From Eledone cirrhosa (taxonomy: Eukaryota): 64,000 nucleotides of DNA. The position numbers and the translations under genes were made by a program. Below the pieces are notes generated by a model that was not told the origin of the DNA, ran no database searches, and worked only from the letters and a program-made list of their open reading frames with translations. Where the stretch lies: positions 92,442,001 to 92,506,000 of the forward strand of contig OZ024744.1 in the NCBI GenBank assembly GCA_964016885.1, written 5' to 3'. Below, piece after piece: positions 28,201-43,200 of the stretch; position 1 is the stretch's first letter, and every line of letters begins with the position of its first letter.

Positions 28201-31200
28201 ACTACTGCCAATCTACCACTGCCAATCTACCACTGCCAATCTACCACTGCCAATCTACTACTCCCAATCTACCACTGCAAATCTATTACTGCCAATATAC
28301 CACTGCCAATCTATCACTGCCAATTCACCACTGCAAATCTATTACTGCCAATCTATCACTGCCAATCTACCACTGCCAATCTACCACTGCCAATTCACCA
28401 CTGCCAATCTACTACTGCCAATCTACCACTGCCAATCTACTACTGCCAATCTACCACTGCCGATCTACCACTGCCAATCTACTACTGCAAATCTACTACT
28501 ACCAATCTACTACTCCCAATCTATTACTGCCACTCTATCACTGCCAATCTACCACTGTCAATCTACTACTGCCAATCTACCACTGCCAATCTACCACTGC
28601 CAATCTACTACTGCCAATCTACCACTGCCAATCTACCACTGCCAATCTACCACTGCCAATCTACTACTCCCAATCTACCGCTGCAAATCTATTACTGCCA
28701 ATATACCACTGCCAACCTATCACTGCCAATTCACCACTGCAAATCTACTACTACCAATCTACTACTCCCAATCTATTACTGCCACTCTACCACTGCCTAT
28801 TCACCACTGCCAATCTACTACGGCCAATCTACCACTGCCAATCTACCACTGCCAATCTACCACTGCCAATTCACCTCTGCCGATCTACTACTGCCAATCT
28901 ACCACTGCCAATCTACCACTGCCAATCTACCACTGCCAATCTACCACTGCCAATCTACTACTGCCAATCTACCACTGCAAATCTATTACTGCCAATCTAC
29001 CACTGCCAATCTACCACTGCCAATTCACCACTGCCAATCTACCACTACCAATCTCCCACTGCCAATTCACCACTGTCAATCTACTACTGCCAATCTACTA
29101 CTGCCAATCTACCACTGCCAATCTACCACTGTCAATCTACTACTGCCAATCTACCACTGCCAATCTACCACTGCCAATCTACCACTGCCAATCTACCACT
29201 GCCAATCTACCACTGCCAATCTACCACTGCCAATCTACTACTGCCAATCTACCACTGCAAATCTATTACTTCCAATCTACCACTGCCAATGTACTACTGC
29301 CAATCTACCACTGCCAATCTACCACTGCCAATTCACCACTGCCGATCTACCACTGCCAATCTACCACTGCTGATTCACCACTGCCAATCTACTACTGCCA
29401 ATCTACTACTGCCAATCTACTACTGCCAATCTACCACTGCCAATCTACCACTGTCAATCTACTACTGCCAATCTACCACTGCCAATCTGCCACTGCCAAT
29501 CTACCACTGACAATCTACTACTGCCAATCTACCACTGCCAATCTACCACTGCCAATCTACCACTGCCAATCTACCACTGCCAATTCACCACTGCCAATCT
29601 ACTACTGCCAATCTACCACTGCCAATCTACCACTGCCAATCTACTACTGCCAATCTACCTCTGCCAATCTACCACTGCCAATTCACCACTACCAATCTAC
29701 TACTGCCAATCTACCACTGCCAATCTACCACTGCCAATCTAACACTGCCAATTCACCACTGCAAATCTATTACTGCCAATCTATCACTGCCAGTCTACCA
29801 CTGCCAATTCAACACTGCCAATCTACTACTGCCAATCTACCACTGGCAATCTACTACTGCCAATCTACCACTGCCAATCAACCACTGCCAATCTACTACT
29901 GCCAATCTACCACTGCCAATCTACCACTGCCAATCTAAAACTGCCAATCTACCACTGCCAATCTACTACTGCCAATATACCACTGCAAATCCATTACTGC
30001 CAATCTACCACTGCCAATCTACCACTGCCAATCTACTACTGCCAATCTACCACTGCCAATCTACCACTGCCAATCTACCACTTCCTACTCACCACTGCCA
30101 ATCTACTACTGCCAATCTACCACTGCCAATCTACCACTGCCAATCTACCACTGCCTATTCACCACTGCCAATCTACTACTGCCAATCTACCACTGCCAAT
30201 CTACCACTGACAATCTACCACTGCCTATTCACCACTGCCAATCTACTACTGCCAATCTACCACTGCCAATCTACCACTGCCAATCTACCACTGCAAATCT
30301 ACCACTGCCTATTCACCACTGCCAATCTACTACTGCCAATATGCTACTGCCAACCTACTGCTGCCAATCAACTACTGCCAATCTACCACTGCCAATCTAC
30401 TACAGCCAACCTACTACTGCCAATCTACTACTGCCAATCTACCACTTCCAATCTACCACTGCCAATCTACTACTGCCAATCTACTATTGCCCATCTACTA
30501 CTGCCAATCTACCACTGCCAATCTACTACTGACAATCTACCACTGCCAATCTACTACTGCAAATCTACGACAGCCAATCTACCACTGCCAATCTACTACT
30601 GCCAATCTACCACTGCCAATTCACCACTGCAAATCTATTACTGCCAATCTATCACTGCCAATCTACCACTGCCAATCTACCACTGCCAGTTCACCACTGC
30701 CAATCTACTAGTGCCAATCTACCACTGCCAATCTACCACTGCCAATCTACCACTGCCAATCTACTACTCCCAATCTACCGCTGCAAATCTATTACTGCCA
30801 ATATACCACTGCCAACCTATCACTGCCAATTCACCACTGCAAATCTACTACTACCAATCTACTACTCCCAATCTATTACTGCCACTCTACCACTGCCTAT
30901 TCACCACTGCCAATCTACTACGGCCAATCTACCACTGGCAATCTACCACTGCCAATCTACCACTGCCAATTCACCTCTGACGATCTACTACTGCCAATCT
31001 ACCACTGCCAATCTACCACTGCCAATCTACCACTGCCAATCTACCACTGCCAATCTACTACTGCCAATCTACCACTGCAAATCTATTACTGCCAATCTAC
31101 CACTGCCAATCTACCACTGCCAATTCACCACTGCCAATCTACCACTACCAATCTCCCACTGCCAATTCACCACTGTCAATCTACTACTGCCAATCTACTA

Positions 31201-34200
31201 CTGCCAATCTACCACTGCCAATCTACCACTGTCAATCTACTACTGCCAATCTACCACTGCCAATCTACCACTGCCAATCTACCACTGCCAATCTACCACT
31301 GCCAATCTACCACTGCCAATCTACCACTGCCAATCTACTACTGCCAATCTACCACTGCAAATCTATTACTTCCAATCTACCACTGCCAATGTACTACTGC
31401 CAATCTACCACTGCCAATCTACCACTGCCAATCTACCACTGCCAATCTACTACTGCCAATCTACCACTGCAAATCTATTACTTCCAATCTACCACTGCCA
31501 ATGTACTACTGCCAATCTACCACTGCCAATCTACCACTGCCAATTCACCACTGCCGATCTACCACTGCCAATCTACCACTGCTGATTCACCACTGCCAAT
31601 CTACTACTGCCAATCTACTACTGCCAATCTACTACTGCCAATCTACCACTGCCAATCTACCACTGTCAATCTACTACTGCCAATCTACCACTGCCAATCT
31701 GCCACTGCCAATCTACCACTGACAATCTACTACTGCCAATCTACCACTGCCAATCTACCACTGCCAATCTACCACTGCCAATCTACCACTGCCAATTCAC
31801 CACTGCCAATCTACTACTGCCAATCTACCACTGCCAATCTACCACTGCCAATCTACTACTGCCAATCTACCTCTGCCAATCTACCACTGCCAATTCACCA
31901 CTACCAATCTACTACTGCCAATCTACCACTGCCAATCTACCACTGCCAATCTAACACTGCCAATTCACCACTGCAAATCTATTACTGCCAATCTATCACT
32001 GCCAATCTACCACTGCCAATTCAACACTGCCAATCTACTACTGCCAATCTACCACTGGCAATCTACTACTGCCAATCTACCACTGCCAATCAACCACTGC
32101 CAATCTACTACTGCCAATCTACCACTGCCAATCTACCACTGCCAATCTAAAACTGCCAATCTACCACTGCCAATCTACTACTGCCAATATACCACTGCAA
32201 ATCCATTACTGCCAATCTACCACTGCCAATCTACCACTGCCAATCTACTACTGCCAATCTACCACTGCCAATCTACCACTGCCAATCTACCACTTCCTAC
32301 TCACCACTGCCAATCTACTACTGCCAATCTACCACTGCCAATCTACCACTGCCAATCTACCACTGCCTATTCACCACTGCCAATCTACTACTGCCAATCT
32401 ACCACTGCCAATCTACCACTGCCAATCTACCACTGCAAATCTACCACTGCCTATTCACCACTGCCAATCTACTACTGCCAATATGCTACTGCCAACCTAC
32501 TGCTGCCAATCAACTACTGCCAATCTACCACTGCCAATCTACTACAGCCAACCTACTACTGCCAATCTACTACTGCCAATCTACCACTTCCAATCTACCA
32601 CTGCCAATCTACTACTGCCAATCTACTATTGCCCATCTACTACTGCCAATCTACCACTGCCAATCTACTACTGACAATCTACCACTGCCAATCTACTACT
32701 GCAAATCTACGACAGCCAATCTACCACTGCCAATCTACTACTGCCAATCTACCACTGCCAATTCACCACTGCAAATCTATTACTGCCAATCTATCACTGC
32801 CAATCTACCACTGCCAATCTACCACTGCCAGTTCACCACTGCCAATCTACTAGTGCCAATCTACCACTGCCAATCTACCACTGCCAATCTACCACTGCCA
32901 ATCTACTACTCCCAATCTACCGCTGCAAATCTATTACTGCCAATATACCACTGCCAACCTATCACTGCCAATTCACCACTGCAAATCTACTACTACCAAT
33001 CTACTACTCCCAATCTATTACTGCCACTCTACCACTGCCTATTCACCACTGCCAATCTACTACGGCCAATCTACCACTGGCAATCTACCACTGCCAATCT
33101 ACCACTGCCAATTCACCTCTGACGATCTACTACTGCCAATCTACCACTGCCAATCTACCACTGCCAATCTACCACTGCCAATCTACCACTGCCAATCTAC
33201 TACTGCCAATCTACCACTGCAAATCTATTACTGCCAATCTACCACTGCCAATCTACCACTGCCAATTCACCACTGCCAATCTACCACTACCAATCTCCCA
33301 CTGCCAATTCACCACTGTCAATCTACTACTGCCAATCTACTACTGCCAATCTACCACTGCCAATCTACCACTGTCAATCTACTACTGCCAATCTACCACT
33401 GCCAATCTACCACTGCCAATCTACCACTGCCAATCTACCACTGCCAATCTACCACTGCCAATCTACCACTGCCAATCTACTACTGCCAATCTACCACTGC
33501 AAATCTATTACTTCCAATCTACCACTGCCAATGTACTACTGCCAATCTACCACTGCCAATCTACCACTGCCAATTCACCACTGCCAATCTACCACTGCCA
33601 ATCTACCACTGCTGATTCACCACTGCCAATCTACTACTGCCAATCTACTACTGCCAATCTACTACTGCCAATCTACCACTGCCAATCTACCACTGTCAAT
33701 CTACTACTGCCAATCTACCACTGCCAATCTGCCACTGCGAATCTACCACTGACAATCTACTACTGCCAATCTACCACTGCCAATCTACCACTGCCAATCT
33801 ACCACTGCCAATCTACCACTGCCAATTCACCACTGCCAATCTACTACTGCCAATCTACCACTGCCAATCTACCACTGCCAATCTACTACTGCCAATCTAC
33901 CTCTGCCAATCTACCACTGCCAATTCACCACTACCAATCTACTACTGCCAATCTACCACTGCCAATCTATCACTGCCAATCTAACACTGCCAATTCACCA
34001 CTGCAAATCTATTACTGCCAATCTATCACTGCCAATCTACCACTGCCAATTCAACACTGCCAATCTACTACTGCCAATCTACCACTGGCAATCTACTACT
34101 GCCAATCTACCACTGCCAATCAACCACTGCCAATCTACTACTGCCAATCTACCACTGCCAATCTACCACTGCCAATCTAAAACTGCCAATCTACCACTGC

Positions 34201-37200
34201 CAATCTACTACTGCCAATATACCACTGCAAATCCATTACTGCCAATCTACCACTGCCAATCTACCACTGCCAATCTACTACTGCCAATCTACCACTGCCA
34301 ATCTACCACTGCCAATCTACCACTTCCTACTCACCACTGCCAATCTACCACTGCCAATCTACCACTTCCTACTCACCACTGCCAATCTACTACTGCCAAT
34401 CTACCACTGCCAATCTACCACTGCCAATCTACCACTGCCTATTCACCACTGCCAATCTACTACTGCCAATCTACCACTGCCAATCTACCACTGACAATCT
34501 ACCACTGCCTATTCACCACTGCCAATCTACTACTGCCAATCTACCACTGCCAATCTACCACTGCCAATCTACCACTGCAAATCTACTACTGCCTATTCAC
34601 CACTGCCAATCTACTACTGCCAATATGCTACTGCCAACCTACTGCTGCCAATCAACTACTGCCAATCTACCACTGCCAATCTACTACAGCCAACCTACTA
34701 CTGCCAATCTACTACTGCCAATCTACCACTTCCAATCTACCACTGCCAATCTACTACTGCCAATCTACTATTGCCCATCTACTACTGCCAATCTACCACT
34801 GCCAATCTACTACTGACAATCTACCACTGCCAATCTACTACTGCAAATCTACGACAGCCAATCTACCACTGCCAATCTACTACTGCCAATCTACCACTGC
34901 CAATTCACCACTGCAAATCTATTACTGCCAATCTATCACTGCCAATCTACCACTGCCAATCTACCACTGCCAGTTCACCACTGCCAATCTACTAGTGCCA
35001 ATCTACCACTGCCAATCTACCACTTCCAATCTACCACAGCCAATCTACTACTGCCAATCTACTATTGCCAATCTACTACTGCCAATCTACTACTGCCAAT
35101 CTACTACTGACAATCTACCACTGCCAATCTACTACTGCAAATCTACGACAGCCAATCTACTACTGCCAATCTACTATTGACAATCTACTACTGCCAATCT
35201 ACCACTGCCAATCTACTACTGCCAATCTATCACTGCCAATTCACCACTGCAAATCTATTACTGCCAATCTATCACTGCCAATCTACCACTGCCAATCTAC
35301 CACTGCCAGTACACCACTGCCAATCTACTAGTGCCAATCTACCACTGCCAATCTACTACTGCCAATCTACCACTGCCAATCTACCACTGCCAATCTACTA
35401 CTGCCAATCTACCACTGCCAATCTACCACTGCCAATCTACCACTGCCAATCTACCACTGCCAATCTACTACTGCCAATCTACCACTGCCAATCTACCACT
35501 GCCAATCTACCACTGCCTATTCACCACTGCCAATCTACTACTGCCAATCTACCACTGCCAATCTACCACTGCCAATCTACCACTGCCAATCTACCACTGC
35601 CTATTCACAACTGCCAATCTACTACGGCCAATCTACCACTGCCTATCTACCACTGCCAATCTACCACTGCCTATTCACCACTGCCAATCTACTACTGCCA
35701 ATCTACCACTGCCAATCTACCATTGCCAATCCACCACTGCCTATTCACCACTGCCAATCTACTACTGCCAATCTACCACTGCCAATCTACCACTGCCAAT
35801 CTGCCACTGCCTATTCACAACTGCCAATCTACTACTGCCAATCTACCACTGCCAATCTACCACTGCCAATCTACCACTGCCAATCTACTACTGCCACTCT
35901 ACCACTGCAAATCTATTTCTGCCAATTTACCACTGCCAATCTACTACTGCCATTCTACCACTGCCAATCTACCACTGCCAATCTACTACTGCCAATCTAC
36001 CACTGCCAATCTACCACTGCCATATCACCACGGCCAATCTACCACTGCCAATCTACCACTGCCAATCTACCACTGCCAATCTACCACTGCCAATCTACCG
36101 CTGCCAATCTACTACTGCCAATCTACCACTGCAAATCTATTACTGCCAATCTACCACTGCCAATCTACCACTGCCAATCTACCACTGCCAATCTACCACT
36201 GCCATATCACCACGGCCAATCTACCACTGCCAATCTACCACTGCCAATCTACCACTGCCAATCTACCACTGCCAATCTACTACTGCCAATCTACCACTGC
36301 CAATCTACCACTGCCAATCTACCACTGCCAATCTACCACTGCCAATCTACTACTGCCAATCTACCACTGCAAATCTATTACTGCCAATCTACCACTGCCA
36401 ATCTACCACTGCCAATCTACCACTGCCAATTCACCACTGCCAATCTACCACTGCCAATCTACCACTGCCAATTCACCACTACCAATCTACTACTGCCAAT
36501 CTACCACTGCCAATCTACCACTGCCAATCTACCACTGCCAATCTACTACTCCCAATCTACCACTGCAAATCTATTACTGCCAATATACCACTGCCAATCT
36601 ATCACTGCCAATTCACCACTGCAAATCTATTACTGCCAATCTATCACTGCCAATCTACCACTGCCAATCTACCACTGCCAATTCACCACTGCCAATCTAC
36701 TACTGCCAATCTACCACTGCCAATCTACTACTGCCAATCTACCACTGCCAATCTACCACTGCCAATCTACTACTGCAAATCTACTACTACCAATCTACTA
36801 CTCCCAATCTATTACTGCCACTCTATCACTGCCAATCTACCACTGTCAATCTACTACTGCCAATCTACCACTGCCAATCTACCACTGCCAATCTACTACT
36901 GCCAATCTACCACTGCCAATCTACCACTGCCAATCTACCACTGCCAATCTACTACTCCCAATCTACCGCTGCAAATCTATTACTGCCAATCTACCACTGC
37001 CAACCTATCACTGCCAATTCACCACTGCAAATCTACTACTACCAATCTACTACTCCCAATCTATTACTGCCACTCTACCACTGCCTATTCACCACTGCCA
37101 ATCTACTACGGCCAATCTACCACTGCCTATCTACCACTGCCAATCTACCACTGCCAATTCACCTCTGCCGATCTACTACTGCCAATCTACCACTGCCAAT

Positions 37201-40200
37201 CTACCACTGCCAATCTACCACTGCCTATTCACCACTGCCAATCTACTACTGCCAATCTACCACAGCCAATCTACCACTGCCAATCTACTAATGCAAATCT
37301 ACTACTACCAATCTACTACTCCCAATCTACTACTGCCACTCTATCACTGCCAATCTGCCACTGCCAATCTACCACTCTACAACTGCCAATCTACTACTGC
37401 CAATCTATTTATGCCAATCTACCACTGCAAATCTATTACTGCCAATTCACCACTGACAATCTACCACTGTCAATCTACCACTGCCAATTCACCACTGCCA
37501 ATCTACTACTGCCAATCTACCACTACCAATCTACCACTGCCAATCTACCACTGCCAATCTACTACTGCCAATCTACCACTGCAAATCTATTTCTGCCAAT
37601 CTACCACTGCCAATCTACCACTGCCAATCTACCACTGCCAATTCACCACTGCCAATCTACCACTGCCAATTCACCACTGCCAATCTACTACTGCCAATCT
37701 ACCACTGCCAATCTACCTCAGCCAATCTACTACTGCCAATCTACAACTGCCAATTCACCACTGCCAATCTACTACTGCACATCTACCACTGCCAATCTAC
37801 CACTGGCAATCTACCACTGCCAATCTACCACTGCCAATCTACTACTGCCAATCTACCACTGCAAATCTATTACTGCCAATCTATCACTGCCAATCAACCA
37901 CTGCCAATCTACCACTGCCAATTCACCACTGCCAATCTACTACTGCCAATCTACCACTGCCAATTCACCACTGCCAATCTACCACTGCCAATCTACCACT
38001 GCCAATCTACCACTGCCAATCTACTACTGCCAATCTACCACTGCCAATCTACCACTGCCAATCTACCACTGCCAATCTACCACTGCCAATCTACCACTGC
38101 CAATCTACTACTGCCAATCTACCACTGCCAATCTACCACTGCCAATCTACCACTGCCAATCTACCACTGCAAATCTATTACTGCCAATCTACCACTGCCA
38201 ATCTACCACTGCCAATTCACCACTGCCAATCTACCACTGCCAATCTACCACTGCCGATTCACCACTGCCAATCTACTACTGCCAATCTACTACTGCCAAT
38301 CTACTACTGCCAATCTACCACTGCCAATCTACCACTGTCAATCTACTACTGCCAATCTACCACTGCCAATCTGCCACTGCCAATCTACCACTGCCAATCT
38401 ACTACTGCCAATCTACCACTGCCAATCTACCACTGCCAATCTACCACTGCCAATTCACCACTGCCAATCTACCACTGCCAATCTACCACTGCCAATTCAC
38501 CACTGCCAATCTACTACTGCCAATCTACCACTGCCAATCTACCACTGCCAATCTACTACTGCCAATCTACCTCTGCCAATCTACCACTGCCAATTCACCA
38601 CTACCAATCTACTACTGCCAATCTACCACTGCCAATCTACCACTGCCAATTCACCACTGCAAATCTATTACTGCCAATCTATCACTGCCAATCTACCACT
38701 GCCAATTCAACACTGCCAATCTACTACTGCCAATCTACCACTGCCAATCTACTACTGCCAATCTACCACTGCCAATCTACCACTGCCAATCTACTACTGC
38801 CAATCTACCACTGCCAATCTACCACTGCCAATCTAACACTGCCAATCTACCACTGCCAATCTACTACTGCCAATCTACCACTGCAAATCCATTACTGCCA
38901 ATCTACCACTGCCAATCTACCACTGCCAATCTACTACTGCCAATCTACCACTGCCAATCTACCACTGCCTATCTACCACTTCCTACTCACCACTGCCAAT
39001 CTACTACTGCCAATCTACCACTGCCAATCTACCACTGCCAATCTACCACTGCCTATTCACCACTGCTAATCTACTACTGCCAATCTACCACTGCCAATCT
39101 ACCACTGACAATCTACCACTGCCTATTCACCACTGCCAATCTACTACTGTCAATCTACCACTGCCAATCTACTACTGCCAATCTACCACTGCAAATCTAT
39201 TTCTGCCAATCTACCACTGCCAATCTACCACTGCCAATCTACCACTGCCAATTCACCACTGCCAATCTACTACTGCCATTCTACCACTGCCAATCTACCA
39301 CTGCCAATCTACTACTGCCAATCTACCACTGCCAATCTACCACTGCCAATTCACCACTGCCAATCTACTACTGCCAATCTACCACTGCCAATCTACCACT
39401 GCCAATCTAGACTATCAATCCACCACTGCCAATTCACCACTGCCAATCTACTACTGCCAATCTACCTCAGCCAATCTACTACTGCCAATCTACCACTGCC
39501 AATCTACCACTGCCAATTCACCACTGCCAATCTAACACTGCCAATCTACCACTGCCAATCTACTACTGCCAATCTACCTCTGCCAATCTACCACTGCCAA
39601 TTCACCACTACCAATCTACTACTGCCAATCTACCACTGCCAATCTACCACTGCCAATTCACCACTGCAAATCTATTACTGCCAATCTATCACTGCCAATC
39701 TACCACTGCCAATTCAACACTGCCAATCTACTACTGCCAATCTACCACTGCCAATCTACTACTGCCAATCTACCACTGCCAATCTACCACTGCCAATCTA
39801 CTACTGCCAATCTACCACTGCCAATCTACCACTGCCAATCTAACACTGCCAATCTACCACTGCCAATCTACTACTGCCAATCTACCACTGCAAATCCATT
39901 ACTGCCAATCTACCACTGCCAATCTACCACTGCCAATCTACTACTGCCAATCTACCACTGCCAATCTACCACTGCCAATCTACCACTTCCTACTCACCAC
40001 TGCCAATCTACTACTGCCAATCTACCACTGCCAATCTACCACTGCCAATCTACCACTGCCTATTCACCACTGCTAATCTACTACTGCCAATCTACCACTG
40101 CCAATCTACCACTGACAATCTACCACTGCCTATTCACCACTGCCAATCTACTACTGTCAATCTACCACTGCCAATCTACCACTGCCAATCTACCACTGCC

Positions 40201-43200
40201 AATCTACTACTGCCAATCTACCACTGCAAATCTATTTCTGCCAATCTACCACTGCCAATCTACCACTGCCAATCTACCACTGCCAATTCACCACTGCCAA
40301 TCTACTACTGCCATTCTACCACTGCCAATCTACCACTGCCAATCTACTACTGCCAATCTACCACTGCCAATCTACCACTGCCAATTCACCACTGCCAATC
40401 TACTACTGCCAATCTACCACTGCCAATCTACCACTGCCAATCTAGACTATCAATCCACCACTGCCAATTCACCACTGCCAATCTACTACTGCCAATCTAC
40501 CTCAGCCAATCTACTACTGCCAATCTACCACTGCCAATCTACCACTGCCAATCTACCACTGCCAATCTACTACTGCCTATCTACCACTGCCAATCTACCA
40601 CTGCCAATCTACCACTGCCAATCTACCACTGCCAATCTACCACTGCCAATCTACTACTGCCAATCTACCACTGCCAATCTACCACTGCCAATCTACCACT
40701 GCCAATCTACCACTGCAAATCTATTACTGCCAATCTACCACTGCCAATCTACCACTGCCAATTCACCACTGCCAATCTACCACTGCCAATCTACCACTGC
40801 CGATTCACCACTGCCAATCTACTACTGCCAATCTACTACTGCCAATCTACTACTGCCAATCTACCACTGCCAATCTACCACTGTCAATCTACTACTGCCA
40901 ATCTACCACTGCCAATCTGCCACTGCCAATCTACCACTGCCAATCTACTACTGCCAATCTACCACTGCCAATCTACCACTGCCAATCTACCACTGCCAAT
41001 TCACCACTGCCAATCTACCACTGCCAATCTACCACTGCCAATTCACCACTGCCAATCTACTACTGCCAATCTACCACTGCCAATCTACCACTGCCAATCT
41101 ACTACTGCCAATCTACCTCTGCCAATCTACCACTGCCAATTCACCACTACCAATCTACTACTGCCAATCTACCACTGCCAATCTACCACTGCCAATTCAC
41201 CACTGCAAATCTATTACTGCCAATCTATCACTGCCAATCTACCACTGCCAATTCAACACTGCCAATCTACTACTGCCAATCTACCACTGCCAATCTACTA
41301 CTGCCAATCTACCACTGCCAATCTACCACTGCCAATCTACTACTGCCAATCTACCACTGCCAATCTACCACTGCCAATCTAACACTGCCAATCTACCACT
41401 GCCAATCTACTACTGCCAATCTACCACTGCAAATCCATTACTGCCAATCTACCACTGCCAATCTACCACTGCCAATCTACTACTGCCAATCTACCACTGC
41501 CAATCTACCACTGCCAATCTACCACTTCCTACTCACCACTGCCAATCTACTACTGCCAATCTACCACTGCCAATCTACCACTGCCAATCTACCACTGCCT
41601 ATTCACCACTGCTAATCTACTACTGCCAATCTACCACTGCCAATCTACCATTGACAATCTACCACTGCCTATTCACCACTGCCAATCTACTACTGTCAAT
41701 CTACCACTGCCAATCTACCACTGCCAATCTACCACTGCCAATCTACTACTGCCAATCTACCACTGCAAATCTATTTCTGCCAATCTACCACTGCCAATCT
41801 ACCACTGCCAATCTACCACTGCCAATTCACCACTGCCAATCTACTACTGCCATTCTACCACTGCCAATCTACCACTGCCAATCTACTACTGCCAATCTAC
41901 CACTGCCAATCTACCACTGCCAATTCACCACTGCCAATCTACTACTGCCAATCTACCACTGCCAATCTACCACTGCCAATCTAGACTATCAATCCACCAC
42001 TGCCAATTCACCACTGCCAATCTACTACTGCCAATCTACCTCAGCCAATCTACTACTGCCAATCTACCACTGCCAATCTACCACTGCCAATTCACCACTG
42101 CCAATCTAACACTGCCAATCTACCACTGCCGATTCACCACTGCCAATCTACTACTGCCAATCTACTACTGCCAATCTACTACTGCCAATCTACCACTGCC
42201 AATCTACCACTGTCAATCTACTACTGCCAATCTACCACTGCCAATCTGCCACTGCCAATCTACCACTGCCAATCTACTACTGCCAATCTACCACTGCCAA
42301 TCTACCACTGCCAATCTACCACTGCCAATTCACCACTGCCAATCTACCACTGCCAGTCTACCACTGCCAATTCACCACTGCCAATCTACTACTGCCAATC
42401 TACCACTGCCAATCTACCACTGCCAATCTACTACTGCCAATCTACCTCTGCCAATCTACCACTGCCAATTCACCACTACCAATCTACTACTGCCAATCTA
42501 CCACTGCCAATCTACCACTGCCAATCTATCACTGCCAATTCACCACTGCAAATCTATTACTGCCAATCTATCACTGCCAATCTACCACTGCCAATTCAAC
42601 ACTGCCAATCTACTACTGCCAATCTACCACTGCCAATCTACTACTGCCAATCTACCACTGCCAATCTACCACTGCCAATCTAACACTGCCAATCTACCAC
42701 TGCCAATCTACTACTGCCAATCTACCACTGCAAATCCATTACTGCCAATCTACCACTGCCAATCTACCACTGCCAATCTACTACTGCCAATCTACCACTG
42801 CCAATCTACCACTGCCAATCTACCACTTCCTACTCACCACTGCCAATCTACTACTGCCAATCTACCACTGCCAATCTACCACTGCCAATCTACCACTGCC
42901 AATCTACCACTGCCTATTCACCACCGCCAATCTACTACTGCCAATCTACCACTGCCAATCTACCACTGCCAATCTACCACTGACAATCTACCACTGCCTA
43001 TTCACCACTGCCAATCTACTACTGTCAATCTACCACTGCCAATTTACCACTGCCAATCTACCACTGTCAATCTACTACTGCCAATCTACCACTGCAAATC
43101 TATTTCTGCCAATCTACCACTGCCAATCTACCACTGCCAATCTACCACTGACAATTCACCACTGCCAATACCACTGCCAATCTACCACTGCCAATTCACC

